A DNA stretch of 63,522 bases, counting the filler, from Basidiobolus ranarum (lineage: Eukaryota): the NCBI GenBank assembly GCA_040143965.1. It is 41 parts of 41 records of this genome, joined end to end, with 100 filler letters (N's around TTAATTAATTAA, not from the genome) between each part and the next. Parts side by side here need not be neighbours in the genome. Positions count along the whole stretch, not along the records: positions 24,895 to 26,346 come from JASJQH010005138.1; positions 26,447 to 27,898 come from JASJQH010005139.1; positions 27,999 to 29,450 come from JASJQH010005140.1; positions 29,551 to 31,002 come from JASJQH010005141.1; positions 31,103 to 32,554 come from JASJQH010005142.1; positions 32,655 to 34,106 come from JASJQH010005143.1; positions 34,207 to 35,657 come from JASJQH010005144.1; positions 35,758 to 37,208 come from JASJQH010005145.1; 33 more parts are not named here. One strand, given 5' to 3'. A program made the position numbers and the translations under genes. Below, in pieces: positions 25,445-37,308 of this stretch. The notes beneath the pieces are model-generated. The model searched no databases, was not told the DNA's origin, and was given only the letters and a program-made list of their open reading frames with translations. Within the stretch, counting starts at the first letter, position 1; every line of letters starts with the position of its first letter.

Positions 25445-27898
25445 CCCTAACAAAAATAAAATCAATTTGCTCCAGATTAGATCCACCCTCCAAGATATCA
25501 AAACCATCACAGAACCATCACAATATTGGTAGCTTGCATTCAGCCAGGGATTTTGATAGTGTGACAGTGGTTTCTTGATGGTATTTTGATGGTATTCATA
25601 TATGTTTATATATTTATCATTAAATTGGCATGCATTATTCAATATCTGGCAATTTTTGCAAAAACATAATTTTCAAGTGGCAAATTACTGGGTTTACTGC
25701 TGTAGGATTTCTAATTCATATGTATGCCTTTATTTAGATATTTTAGGCTTTGTGTTCCAGCTGTAATGAGAATCAAAAAATACAAGAATCTCATTGTGCT
25801 TAGTTTCTACCTATGCACATACTTGACTGATTAGACATAACTCAACAACATCAATATGCTTTACCAGCAAACTAATGGTGGAAAAAGCACTAAACATGTG
25901 ATATTTTGAGTAGCACCAACACTTGGCAAATAGCTGACTATTGTTACCATTCACAATGAGAATAAGCTCTTGGATTTTGGCAAATTTCCATAAAGAGTTC
26001 AGCCAATATATCCCTGACTTGCAGTCAATAAATGTCCTGCCACAAGTAGATGTGTCATTGCTTGAATAGATTACCTCATGGCTAAAACAATAATACTGCA
26101 TATCTCCATCTATCTCTCCAAGAAGTCTGTCTTACAGCTTTGCTAAAAATACCATCAGATTATCACATAAGCAAGTCAGTCCAATTACAGAGATACTTAC
26201 TTTATGTCCATGGATTGGGCTTTGTTGCTGTTATTGTGCTCAAACAATGCAAAAACCCATGAGTACATTGAAAAGAGCCCTTTGTTGGCAGGTCAATATA
26301 GTCTGGAGTCTACTTAACCTGTTGCATTACATCCATCACTGTTTTTNNNNNNNNNNNNNNNNNNNNNNNNNNNNNNNNNNNNNNNNNNNNTTAATTAATT
26401 AANNNNNNNNNNNNNNNNNNNNNNNNNNNNNNNNNNNNNNNNNNNNTTCATTCTGGTGTTGACTGTGCAGATATCTGGAAAAACTTAATGCAGAGTGGCA
26501 CAATATTGCAGGATATCCACCAGATAGCTGGAAGAATGTTGATTCATCAATGTTAATACAATAGTGGGCTTTGATGGAGATATTGATACAAACTTGTGTT
26601 GGGTATGAGCTAAACCTTGGGTATGAAGAACTCTATAAAAATATTCAGGAGATTATATCAAAGATACTAGGGATTTTGAAGGTGACAAATTAGCATTCAA
26701 GTGGTAATTGTGTAAAATTTGGGTTATGTTTTTTGCACATGTGTTGATCCTTAGTTCTCTGAGATTGTAGCCAATCATGTGCTATTATTTTGCAAGATCT
26801 TGAAATTTCACTCCTGAAACTGAAAAAATTAGTTAAAATCAAATCTAACTTGACAATTTTATGATGGTAAGTAAACGGTCAACCGCAAATGGTTTAAAAT
26901 TGTGATGGTTTTCCCACAATAACAATCCTTAAATTTCTGTCACGGATTTTTTGATTTGCATTATGGCCGGAATCCAAAGCCTAAAATTTCTAAATAAAGG
27001 CATGCATATTAAATCAAATTCCTACAGCAGTAAACCCAGTAATTTGCCATTCAAAATTTATATTTTTGCCAAAATTGCCAGATATTGAATAATGCATGCC
27101 AATTTGAGGATCAATATTTTAATATATATGAATATTGTTAAAATACTGTCAAGAAACCACCATCACACTGTCAGAATCCCTTGCAGAATGCAAGCTACTA
27201 ATATTGTGAAGGTTCTCTGAAGGTTTTGCTCTTCTGGAGGGTGGATCTGATCCGGATCAAAATCAATTTCATTTTTGTTAGAGACAATTTCACAGAGAGA
27301 GGCTTGATATAAAAAGTAATCACAAGCATATATTAACATAAATTTGAGCATTGTTATCATGGGAAAACCATCACAATTGTAATCCCTTTGGGATAGACTG
27401 TTTACTTACCTTCATAAAATTGTCTAGTTAGATTTGATTTTAATCAATTTTTACAGTTTTAGGAGTGAAATTTCACAATCTTGCAAAATAGTTGCACATG
27501 ATTGGCTAAAATCTCAGAGAGCTATGGAACAACACATGTGCAAAAAATGTAACTCAAATTTTACACAATTACCACTTAAATGTTAATTTGTCACCTTCAA
27601 AATCCCTAGTCTCTTTGATATAATCTCCTTAATATTTTTATAGAGTTCATCATACCCAAGGTTTAGCTCATACCCAACACAAGTTTATATGAATATCTCC
27701 ATCAAAGCAAAATGGCAATTGGGCTAGTATAGGCCCATTCATGAAACATCTCAAAATGTATGCAATTATCAACTTGGAAAAGAAATACAAGCAGCTAAGG
27801 AAGCACTGAGAGAGCAGGAAATTAGTAAACTCAAAGGAGAAGCAAAGGAACCAGTGAGTTCAGGCTCTACTGTCCTACTTACCCAATTCTTCACACCA
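25445..27898. mobile_element. CMC/EnSpm termini, transposase C-terminus and accessory-ORF fragments (two separate contigs)
   Basis: CCCTAACAAAAAT at 25445; CGRTFIDCKSGIYWLNSLWKFAKIQ; accessory-ORF tail GYELNLGYEELYKNIQE. Confidence 0.8.
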
Positions 27899-27998
27899 NN
27901 NNNNNNNNNNNNNNNNNNNNNNNNNNNNNNNNNNNNNNNNNNTTAATTAATTAANNNNNNNNNNNNNNNNNNNNNNNNNNNNNNNNNNNNNNNNNNNN

Positions 27999-28800
27999 TT
28001 TGGGTTTTTATCCCAGTAGCTAATTAGGGATTTTTCTGATCTGTGATAGTGCATCCAGCCTTATTGAAGAGGAATTTTAGTCCTTGAGTTGTTGCTTGGC
28101 TTACTGAGAGTAGATTCTTGGCTATATTTGGTACAAAGAGTACATGATCCAATTGTGCCAATAGTGGAGCTGAATTTTAGTCTTAATTGAGTACAACTGA
28201 GCTTTTTCCAACTGCTTCTAGTGCATAGTCATCACATATGTATATTTTCTTTGTTTGAATTAGTTTTAGGCCAGAAAACTAATCTTTCATGTTTGACATA
28301 TGCAGGGAAGCTCCCAAATCAATGTACCATGATTCTGAGCTTTATTTAATGGTTACTGATAGGGCAGACACAAATAGATGGTCCCAAACAGTGCTTACTT
28401 GATTTACTTGTTCCAATTTTAGCTTTTCAGCAAACATCCTTTTCTGCAACCTTTGATAATATGGCCTGGTTTCTTCTAATGCTTGCAGATGATTGATTTT
28501 CTATTAGGGGCACCATTATTGAAGCCTGTTAGACATTTTACAGCTTCAAAAGATGCCTGTTCTACATTATTTTGCTGAGAATTAGATTTCCTTATTTCTT
28601 CATTCAAAAGCCTGGCACCAACCATTCCATTATGAAAGGGTCTAATCTTGATTCTAGGGCAATTATTAGCTTCCCAAACTGGTCAGGCAGGCTCCCAGGT
28701 AGTGTTATGACTAAGTCAACATCATATAGATGTACTTGAATGGACAGGAGCTGATCAGCCATAGTTTTTATCTGATTTTTATGATTGAGCATAGAATCAT
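27999..28800 (-). mobile_element. Degenerate Copia gag-protease
   Basis: LVITLPGSLPDQF, degenerate zinc knuckle, WYIDLGASLHM, LFVPNIAKNLLSVSQ. Confidence 0.85.
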
Positions 28801-29550
28801 CAGAATCAGTTTTGAGAAAATAGTGAAAATTGGTAAAAGTGATCTAATTGATAGAAATATCAATTAGAGCAATTATCACACATTTTTGAATGACACAATT
28901 GAGTGCTAAATAATAAGAACATGAATAAACTAACTACTAGATAATGAGTTGCTATTTACCTAACTTCAACATTCCCTTGATACTGTTGAAAATGCTCCTT
29001 AAGCACTTTGACTACTTTTATATATCCTTGCAGTGTGACCCTACTGAGGGTGCTTTGTGGTGTTTGTGTGGCTTTTTACTTAACTTTAAGTTTGGGGGTT
29101 AATTTCAACACTTTGAAAAGTACTAGTTGAGGTTAGAGAGCTGTGAATTTTATTAGTTGGTGTTTTGGCTAGTTGAGAGGTGCCAGGTGTTGGATAAACT
29201 TCTGAATTTAGCACTCTCCCAACTTGTGTACTTGGTTCCATGGTGAAATTGAGCTTTTGTGCCGGTATAACTGATTTGGAAATGCAGATCTTTGTAATGG
29301 TGTGAAGATTTTGATAAATGGGACAGTAGAGCCTAAACCCACTGGCTCCTTTGCTTTTCCCTTGGGTTTACTAACTTCTTGCTCCTTGAATTCTTCCTGA
29401 GATGCTTTTGTTTCTTTTCCAAGTCAGTAATTGCATACAACTTTGAGATGNNNNNNNNNNNNNNNNNNNNNNNNNNNNNNNNNNNNNNNNNNNNTTAATT
29501 AATTAANNNNNNNNNNNNNNNNNNNNNNNNNNNNNNNNNNNNNNNNNNNN

Positions 29551-31002
29551 ATATCTGGACCTAAATCACCAGTGCTTATAGATAGCTTCTTGGAGCCTTT
29601 GATTGCGGAATTTGAATGGTTATCTAATGGGGTTCAGATGGGTGAATATTTTATTAAAGCTTATATCATTGTATGTATTGGTGACACTCCTGCCATCAGT
29701 AAATTTGGAGGTTTTCATGGGCATGATGCACTATCTTGCTGTAGATTTTGTCAAATCTATGGAGTTTACTCTATCAGGCATATGCATTATTACTATCCAA
29801 TACAACTCTAAACTCCATGCTTTTACCATCAAGAGCCTGGTCAGATTGCAACATGATCACCAATATCAATTCACCATATAGTCAGTCTAATATCAAACTT
29901 GGTATTAGCTGTAAGCCTAAGATTATATTGCTAAAGGGGGTCAGCTGTAGCCAGAGCTTCCCATCAGGCACTATGCACTTACTATTCAACAACATTACAA
30001 TACTACTTACTAAGCTATATAGTGTAAAATACATCATGAATGAGCCATTTGAGATAGGATCAAAGTTTGAATCAATTGGGAAAATACTTGAAAACATCAA
30101 GATACCATCATATTTTACCAGGACTCCTATCAATATCCACTCATTTAGGCATTTATTCAAATGCAAAGACTGGAAGTATTGGAATTTTATATATTCAAGT
30201 GGAATTTTGAAAAGATTTCTGCCTTATAAGTATTAGCAACATTGGGAGTTGTTTGTCAATATTGTTAATATATTCTTATGGCATCAACTCACATTTGCAG
30301 ATCTCAGGCAGATACATCAACTGTGCAAAGATTTTCTAATTGGATATGAAAGACAATATTACAGGTTTAAAGAAGATAGACTGAATCTATACCAGTATTC
30401 AATATTTTCTCTGCTACATCTTTCCCAATGCTTTGAGATTATAGGCCCTTGCTATACATTCTGGGAGTTCCTAATGGAGTGCACCTGCCATGAAATGAAG
30501 CTCCATGTGAAATCATCAGTATTACCATATGCTAATCTAAATAACAATGTATCAGCAAGATCAGTGATGGATGTAATGACATGGGTTAAGCAAACTCCAG
30601 AGTATATCAACCTGCCATCAAAGGGCTCATTTCAATGTGCCCATGGGTTTTTCCATTGTGTGGGCACAATAACAGCAACAAAGCCCAATCCAATGACATA
30701 GAGCAAGTACCTCTATAATCAGACTAATTTGCTTGTGTGATAATCTGATGGCATTTTTTGAAAAGCTGCAAGATGGACTTCTTGGTGAGATAGATCAAGA
30801 TATGCGGTATTATTGTTTTAGCCATGGAGTAATCTATTCCAGCAATGCCACATCTACTTGTGGCAGGACATTTGTTGACTGCAAGTTGGCAATATATTGG
30901 CTGAATTCTTTACGGAAATTTGCCAAAATCCAAGAGCTTATTCTCATTGTGAATGGTAACAAGAGTCAGCTCTTTGCCAAGTGTCAGTGCTATTCAAAAT
31001 TT
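29551..31002 (+). mobile_element. CMC/EnSpm (Tnp2-like) transposase core, pseudogenised
   Basis: GPKSP..IDSFLEPL..E, IGDTPAISKFGGFHGHD..SCCRFC, MHLLFNNI, K.KDWKYW, LLH..IIGP..FWEF.ME. Confidence 0.88.
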
Positions 31003-31102
31003 NNNNNNNNNNNNNNNNNNNNNNNNNNNNNNNNNNNNNNNNNNNNTTAATTAATTAANNNNNNNNNNNNNNNNNNNNNNNNNNNNNNNNNNNNNNNNNN
31101 NN

Positions 31103-31738
31103 ACCAGAAGCAATCTCATCAAATGGAATAGACTCAATCTTGGACTTGTCTAAGCTGTAGGTCCATTTAGCATCGACACTGGTGGAGAAGATACGATCGT
31201 GAGCATCTTGAAGGGTAGTGTATTCACAACGATGGAAGTTAGTGAAGTTTGAGCCAGTGGACTTGAGAACAAGAAGATCCTTAAGGCGAGACTCGATGGT
31301 GACATTCCCACCGCGAGAGACAAGCAACTCAACGCGTCTGGTGTCTTCACCATCGCGGAAGAAGGAGTGAGGGTGAAGCTGGCCATCAATGTTGACACGG
31401 GTCCAGCGGTGCTGGATGATCTTGATGTGAACATCATCAATATGAGAGTATCTGTTGATAAAGTGCTGACCAATCTCGTAACCAAAGCATTCAATGGTCT
31501 GGACATGGTTTGACTTCTTAGCAAGAACATAGATGGTGTTCTTGACAGTGTCGGTTGGGACAATGGAGCTGTTGTCAGCCTCGGTGTAGGAAGTCTCAAA
31601 TTTCCCGTCAAGAAGAACCTGGCAAGTGAGTTCGACAACATCGTGCCAGTCTTTAGTGTGACGAATAACCTTGGTAACACGGACCTTAGTCTTGCCATAG
31701 GCTTGTTTCTTTAAGTAGGCGCTACTGCTGTTAGTCAT
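31103..31738 (-). CDS. uox: Urate oxidase (uricase) paralog A, 3' truncated
   Basis: YGKTKVRV, SYTEADNSSIVPTDTVKNT, HPHSF, LLVLKSTGSNF, YTTLQDAHDRIFST. Confidence 0.96.
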
Positions 31739-32269
31739 TTTATGGCGGTGGTAGATAATACTTAATCTTGCTGTTAGTAATAAATGCTGGACAGCAATAT
31801 ACCTTTATATAGGGTATCAGCGAAGTATATGGTCACACTAGAATTTTTGATTGTAAATGATCAAAACTGGCCAGAAATCAATGAAGTCTCGGCCTCAACA
31901 CTTGGAGTAACTGTTTTCTCATAGCAATACCAAGTATTACGTAAATAGCGATTTTCATGAATTAGTATCAGCATAATGCCTATAGTACGGTAACAAGTTT
32001 TCTATTGTTTTAGAATATAAGTAAATCGTTAAATTTTGTAATCAGCACGTGTGGCCAGAGTATTGAAATTTCTATTTTGTATGATCCTCCCACATAAAAT
32101 CTCATCTCTTCATGGGTCCAGACCTTAATTTTATGTATTTCGAACTGGTATCAAACTTCCCAACATCATAATCGAAGAGATTATCAAAGTTAAGATGCAA
32201 GTAAGAGAGTATAAAAAACTAAATGGCATTATTCATTCAGTATTCCGTTCTAAAAGAATTAGTATTATT

Positions 32270-32554
32270 ATGTCATCCTCTGTTGAATTAAAGCGCCAGG
32301 CTTACGGTAAAGCTAAGGTTAGAGTCACTAAAGCTGTCCGCCACACCGCCGAGTGGAACGACATTGTCGAGCTCACTTGTCAAGTGCTCCTTGAGGGTGA
32401 CTTTGAGACGGCCTACACCGAGGCTGACAACAGTATGGTAGTCCCAACTGACACAGTCAAGAACACTTGCTATGTCATTGCCAAGAAGTCTAACCATGTT
32501 CAAACCATTGAACGTTATGGTTATGAACTCGGCAAACACTTTGTGGACAAATAC
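32270..32554 (+). CDS. uox: Urate oxidase paralog B, 3' truncated
   Basis: MSSSVELKRQAYGKAKVRV...YTEADNSMVVPTDTVKNT; true start at 32270 aligns with paralog A; TATAAAA at ~32210. Confidence 0.94.
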
Positions 32555-32654
32555 NNNNNNNNNNNNNNNNNNNNNNNNNNNNNNNNNNNNNNNNNNNNTT
32601 AATTAATTAANNNNNNNNNNNNNNNNNNNNNNNNNNNNNNNNNNNNNNNNNNNN

Positions 32655-32765
32655 ATCCATCATACCACCAGCACCCATACCGTTGATAACGTTGTACATA
32701 CCCGGGCAGCAGAAGCAGACAAGGCCTACCATGAGGACTTGTCCTATTGGACTGTTGATTCTCAT
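32655..32765 (-). CDS. N-terminus of an UNC93-like MFS transporter (Ngt1/NOPE1 family)
   Basis: Hand translation MRINSPIGQVLMVGLVCFCCPGMYNVINGMGAGGMMD matches the family motif F.CPGM.N...G.G.GG. Confidence 0.85.
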
Positions 32766-33963
32766 AATGTATTAATGATAGAGTAGAATTATTGTGTGAA
32801 GCTATGACAGCTCAACCATCTGTTTATATATATTTTAGATTTACGGTTGAAGCCTACTCTGAATGATTCGAGCGTAGTTGGTCATATATGGCTGAATTAC
32901 ATTGCTAAATTAAGTAAAGTAGAGTTTCACCAGCTAGTATAAAACATTCCAACATGTTATTCTAAGGTGAAGCTAATAACAGCAACTGAGGAATTAATAG
33001 TACCAAATATGTTAACAAATCTGTCGAAAGTTAAACTTCAATAAGCCAGCCACACTGAGCTCTATGAAGCATAAAGTATGTAGATTCTTATGAGTAAATT
33101 TATACTTATTAATTCGGACGCCACACTCTTAATTTTCTTTGGATATTAGCAAATTAACGAATCATCTGATGCTTAGTTAAACATTGGGAACCTGTTGGGT
33201 TATTTTCTCAGATATTGAGAGGGTGACTTGACAATTCAAAACGAAAGCAAAGACTTGCAATGACTTTTTTAGTAATCATAGTGTACATTTTAACAGAACG
33301 AAGAACCCGGCAAAGAATTTTAAAATATCACCTTTTTCAGCTTAGACTGATTTCATTTGAATCATATTGCAAGGTAGTAGATGGGATGGAATGGGGTGGG
33401 ATATAGTGAAGAGTACCTTGTTGAAAATTAACTCAGTGCAGAAACTACCTAAACTGACCAAATCCCCCGGTAATAGCCTTTCAACTATCACAAAACCGAT
33501 ACATGGTAGGAAAGCGCTAATATGTCGTGGAATTAGGCTCCCATAAGCCAGTAGGCACAAACCTGTAGTAAATGTTAATGATTCCGTAGAGAATGGTCGG
33601 TGGCCAGATTTTTAATGAATAAACGATGTATCTTAGATATGTTAAACTAATGGCCCAATGGTGCCAATATTAATTAGTAGGGAAGGTACTCAACTAGCAA
33701 TTATTGAGTTCTCGGACTCCACTTCAACGAACATTATTCATAGCGTTAGAGCGAGCCTGGAATAATGCTCCCCTCAGGATCAGAAGTAATCATAAAATTC
33801 TTATTAAATGATGTTACTCTAAATATTCGAATTCAATCAATGATGCTGAATATTTAAATATTAGTTTGGTTTATTAAAATATGCTTAATTAGTGAATGAA
33901 TTATGATTAGGTACTAGAAAGATGTTGACCTAGTGAATAGGAAATGATATTAACTTGGATCAC

Positions 33964-34106
33964 TTAGATACTGTCAATGGCCTCTCCTTTTTCTTCAGAG
34001 CCGTCATTGTTGGTCTCCTTGACATCACGTGCGACAAATAAGGTGAAGGGAATGGAGACGGTGAAGAGCGCCCAGTTGATGATGAGTTGGGGGCGGAAGG
34101 GTGTCT
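33964..34106 (-). CDS. C-terminus of a membrane protein, probably an upstream UNC93-like paralog
   Basis: TPFRPQLIINWALFTVSIPFTLFVARDVKETNNDGSEEKGEAIDSI*: last TM helix with the L.INW pattern followed by VKE. Confidence 0.6.
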
Positions 34107-34206
34107 NNNNNNNNNNNNNNNNNNNNNNNNNNNNNNNNNNNNNNNNNNNNTTAATTAATTAANNNNNNNNNNNNNNNNNNNNNNNNNNNNNNNNNNNNNN
34201 NNNNNN

Positions 34207-34740
34207 GCATGGAGGCTTCTCGTATGTTGGTGGCTTGACTGGAGGCTTGGGAGGTTTACATGACTTACTAGGAGGCTTCTCATATGTTGGTGGTTGTACG
34301 GGTGGTTTAGATGGCTTTGTGGGCTTGCAAGGCTTTCCTGGTTTGGTGGTAGTAGGAGGCTGGATCGGAGGCTTGTTATGCATAGTACTCACATCACCAT
34401 CTCTCTTTTGGTGGATTTTTCCTTGTTTCTTTCCATGACTACCGGTGGCGACGCATACCTTCACATCAGCCTTGATTCCCAGAATCTTGGCAGCAGCGCA
34501 GGCCTCCGCACATGTCATTGTGGAAGGAATCTTGACATGAGCAATCAGCTTGGTGAGATCAACATTAAGGCAAGCCTTAGCGTTGGCATGGATACCAAAG
34601 ACTGCAAGCCTTGCGATTACACCATCGCAGATGGAGTTTGAGTGTTTTACAGTAATGGGAGAGCCATTCAAGAAGGTTGGTTCTTTGGCCATTACGAGCG
34701 CAGCTGGTAACAATACTAGGGCACTTGCAAAGAACTTCAT
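34207..34740 (-). CDS. Secreted protein: one four-Cys domain, a KR site and Pro/Lys-rich PPTYEKPP repeats; 3' truncated
   Basis: Signal peptide; CDGVIARLAVFGIHANAKAC-x19-CAEACAAAKILGIKADVKVC; KPPVQPPTYEKPP repeats; TATA at ~34814-34820. Confidence 0.88.
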
Positions 34741-35810
34741 GGCTGTTGCAGTTAGATGGATGACTATAAAACTACAAATATGATATACTATACTAAAGTG
34801 CAGTAGGTTGCCTTTTTATAGAACTTCTGCTGCCTTACGTATGATTGAAGCTAGGTTCGTTCTATTCGTATGGAATATTGAGTGTAGTGTAACTTGACTT
34901 CTATGCAGATATTGTAACGCGTAGCCATTAAATGTTGTAGTTAAGTCCTACGGATATTCATTAATAGAATACCTATATTTGTCAGTTGCTTACAGCAGTC
35001 TGTATCTAGCAACTGATGTTACATGAAATCATAGTAATAAAAACAATTTCCATTTCTGACGGTTTCGCTAAATCGTAGTACGCAAGTGATCTGCATAGGT
35101 TCTGATGCTTAAATGTTTGGAATCATGAATCTTCAATTTGACTAGTACAACATTTATCATGTCAAGTCGACCCTATTATAAAGAGAAAATATCTGAGAAT
35201 TCGTGGATGAGATGCCAGAAATATGAGGCAAAGATCCAAGTAAAATTAAATCCATTATAGGTGCTGTCTCACCTTCTAAGGGAGTTAGAATCATGTCCAT
35301 TATATATACGAGTATCTCTGCCATTCAAATGCCGCATAACATACCTTTGTTGCTTACTAGGTACTATCAAGTATTGATATATCAACAGTAGGAGTTATTC
35401 ATAGAGGTTTCTCTGAGTAAGGAAAGGTGGCTACTTGAAGATATTTTATTTGTATTAACTGTTATAGAATAGATCACTTGCTATACAATTTATGTTCGCA
35501 CAAATTCAAATGAAAATATTAAACTTCTATGCTTCTACGGCCATATCCGTGATTATATCTACCATTGTAATGAGGATGTCTACGGTCGTTAAAGCCAATA
35601 CGGACTCTACCATCTAACAGATTACACACTCCAGGGTTAACTCTAACACCGGCAAGTNNNNNNNNNNNNNNNNNNNNNNNNNNNNNNNNNNNNNNNNNNN
35701 NTTAATTAATTAANNNNNNNNNNNNNNNNNNNNNNNNNNNNNNNNNNNNNNNNNNNNCGGTTACTTAACTAAAGATATGTTTATTGGTTTAGGTTCTCAT
35801 TTATTTAGTC

Positions 35811-36389
35811 ATGGTTGATCCCAAGTCAGAGGATTTGACCCAGAAATTGTTGGAGCATTTCTATGCTCCAGAGTCCAACTTTTTCCTACCTGAAGACGAT
35901 GACAAACTAATTGAGGTCGTCAATCAGTGGGGTCTTCTGCCAGACAAAGTGTTTTCAGGAGAAGAATCTAAACGTAAACTGGCTACATGGATGCGCACTA
36001 CATTTACGGTAGAAAGATCGGCCATTCGCAAGAAGGTTCTCGGATTGTTCATGAGTATGCGTAAGCACAGGAAATTTGATATCATCTCTTTGACCAGAGA
36101 AATTGTTCCCGACAATATGCCAGTCAAGTTGCACATGGTTAGGAAAACGTTGCTCTTGCGTTCTGCAGCTAAGGATAGTGGCTCTTGGGATAACAAAGAT
36201 GAAGAAAATCAATTTTGGGATCACTTTTTAACAGAGTACAACGGCATGTCCAAGTTAAATCCAGATCAAGTTACTGCATATTGGGACAAGCTCTTGCAAA
36301 TCGATATCACTGAGCATGGTGAACTTGCTCGTGACCAGATTGATGTCTATCAGGCGGATGGTGAGAAGTGGAAGGGCCTAAGTCAATAA
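35811..36389 (+). CDS. Hypothetical helical protein (last exon), possibly a DNA-transposon accessory ORF
   Basis: 192-codon open frame, CpG retained, upstream splice acceptor TTTAG at ~35808, AATAAA downstream. Confidence 0.55.
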   Translation: MVDPKSEDLTQKLLEHFYAPESNFFLPEDDDKLIEVVNQWGLLPDKVFSGEESKRKLATWMRTTFTVERSAIRKKVLGLFMSMRKHRKFDIISLTREIVPDNMPVKLHMVRKTLLLRSAAKDSGSWDNKDEENQFWDHFLTEYNGMSKLNPDQVTAYWDKLLQIDITEHGELARDQIDVYQADGEKWKGLSQ

Positions 36390-37028
36390 TCTGACACGTT
36401 TCTAGTTTCACATTTATTTTATAGCGTTTGTTCGATATTCTGCGTGTAGCATTGTTCCTTTAGTTTTCTAGTTAAAATAAATATTTATGGTTTTGAATAA
36501 ATGAATGATATGTGAAGCCAATGGGTTTGAACACCCAATCAGCATGTTAGCTACAGTGTAGCCAATTGTTTTTGAATTTTTTTCTTTTAATTCAAAGTCG
36601 GGAATATAGTTGAAGTTACAGTGAGAATGGCGAAGCGTACATGCTCACCTGCAATCCTTTCTTTCAACTATTTCAAAACTCTCCCAACTCCCAAAAACTT
36701 AGGGAATTTACTCAGCTAATATCGACTCTTTTTGTCCAAATCATCGAGGTGATTTCATCTTAGCTACTGCTTAGCAAACGAATAACCTATACACTATGTA
36801 CCCAAATTTATTTTACTTCAAGTAAAAAGACAGTACTTAGAACGCTGAAAGGTCCTAGCTAGGAATTAATTGAAAAATGGCCATCTTGAAAAGTAATAAA
36901 GCCTGTAAATTCTATTTCAGATGTTCATAAACACAATCCTTCAAAATTATCTTTCAAGACTATACTGTGGTGATCATTAACGATGAGTGGAATTCTGTTT
37001 GTGGTCACTCGACCTTGGCCCTTGTACA

Positions 37029-37208
37029 TCAACGTAAGTTGGAGATGATGTTGGTGGTGGCGCGATAGAAATTGTGGAAAAAACTGCTCAAGGTTTCATT
37101 CTTCTTGGCCAGGCATACTGGTGAGATGTAATTGGGAATTTGGTTCACACTATTGGTAACATCTATCCAATCCTTCTCGATTGATCTAACCTGCGGAACA
37201 CTCATACC
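37029..37208 (-). CDS. 3' end of an unidentified gene
   Basis: Open frame from the contig end: GMSVPQVRSIEKDWIDVTNSVNQ...FYRATTNIISNLR*; gene-like composition. Confidence 0.4.
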   Translation of the reverse strand, partial: GMSVPQVRSIEKDWIDVTNSVNQIPNYISPVCLAKKNETLSSFFHNFYRATTNIISNLR

Positions 37209-37308
37209 NNNNNNNNNNNNNNNNNNNNNNNNNNNNNNNNNNNNNNNNNNNNTTAATTAATTAANNNNNNNNNNNNNNNNNNNNNNNNNNNNNNNNNNNN
37301 NNNNNNNN

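Noticed and set aside
31150-31698. 182-aa alternative-frame ORF overlapping uricase
   Set aside because: Ser/Leu/Thr-rich shadow frame caused by codon bias; the same applies to 14022-14423, 20338-20616, 34294-34641 and 40742-40990.
32195-32269. 25-aa N-terminal extension on uricase B (possible targeting peptide)
   Set aside because: It spans the likely TATA box, and ATG 32270 aligns with the start of paralog A.
31103-34106. Uricase plus transporter purine-utilisation cluster
   Set aside because: Separated by a linker; contig order reflects length only.
35509-35657. Signal-peptide-like start MKILNFYASTAISVIISTIV divergent from the Pro-rich gene
   Set aside because: In-frame TAA after 35 codons and no recognisable motif; cannot be supported.
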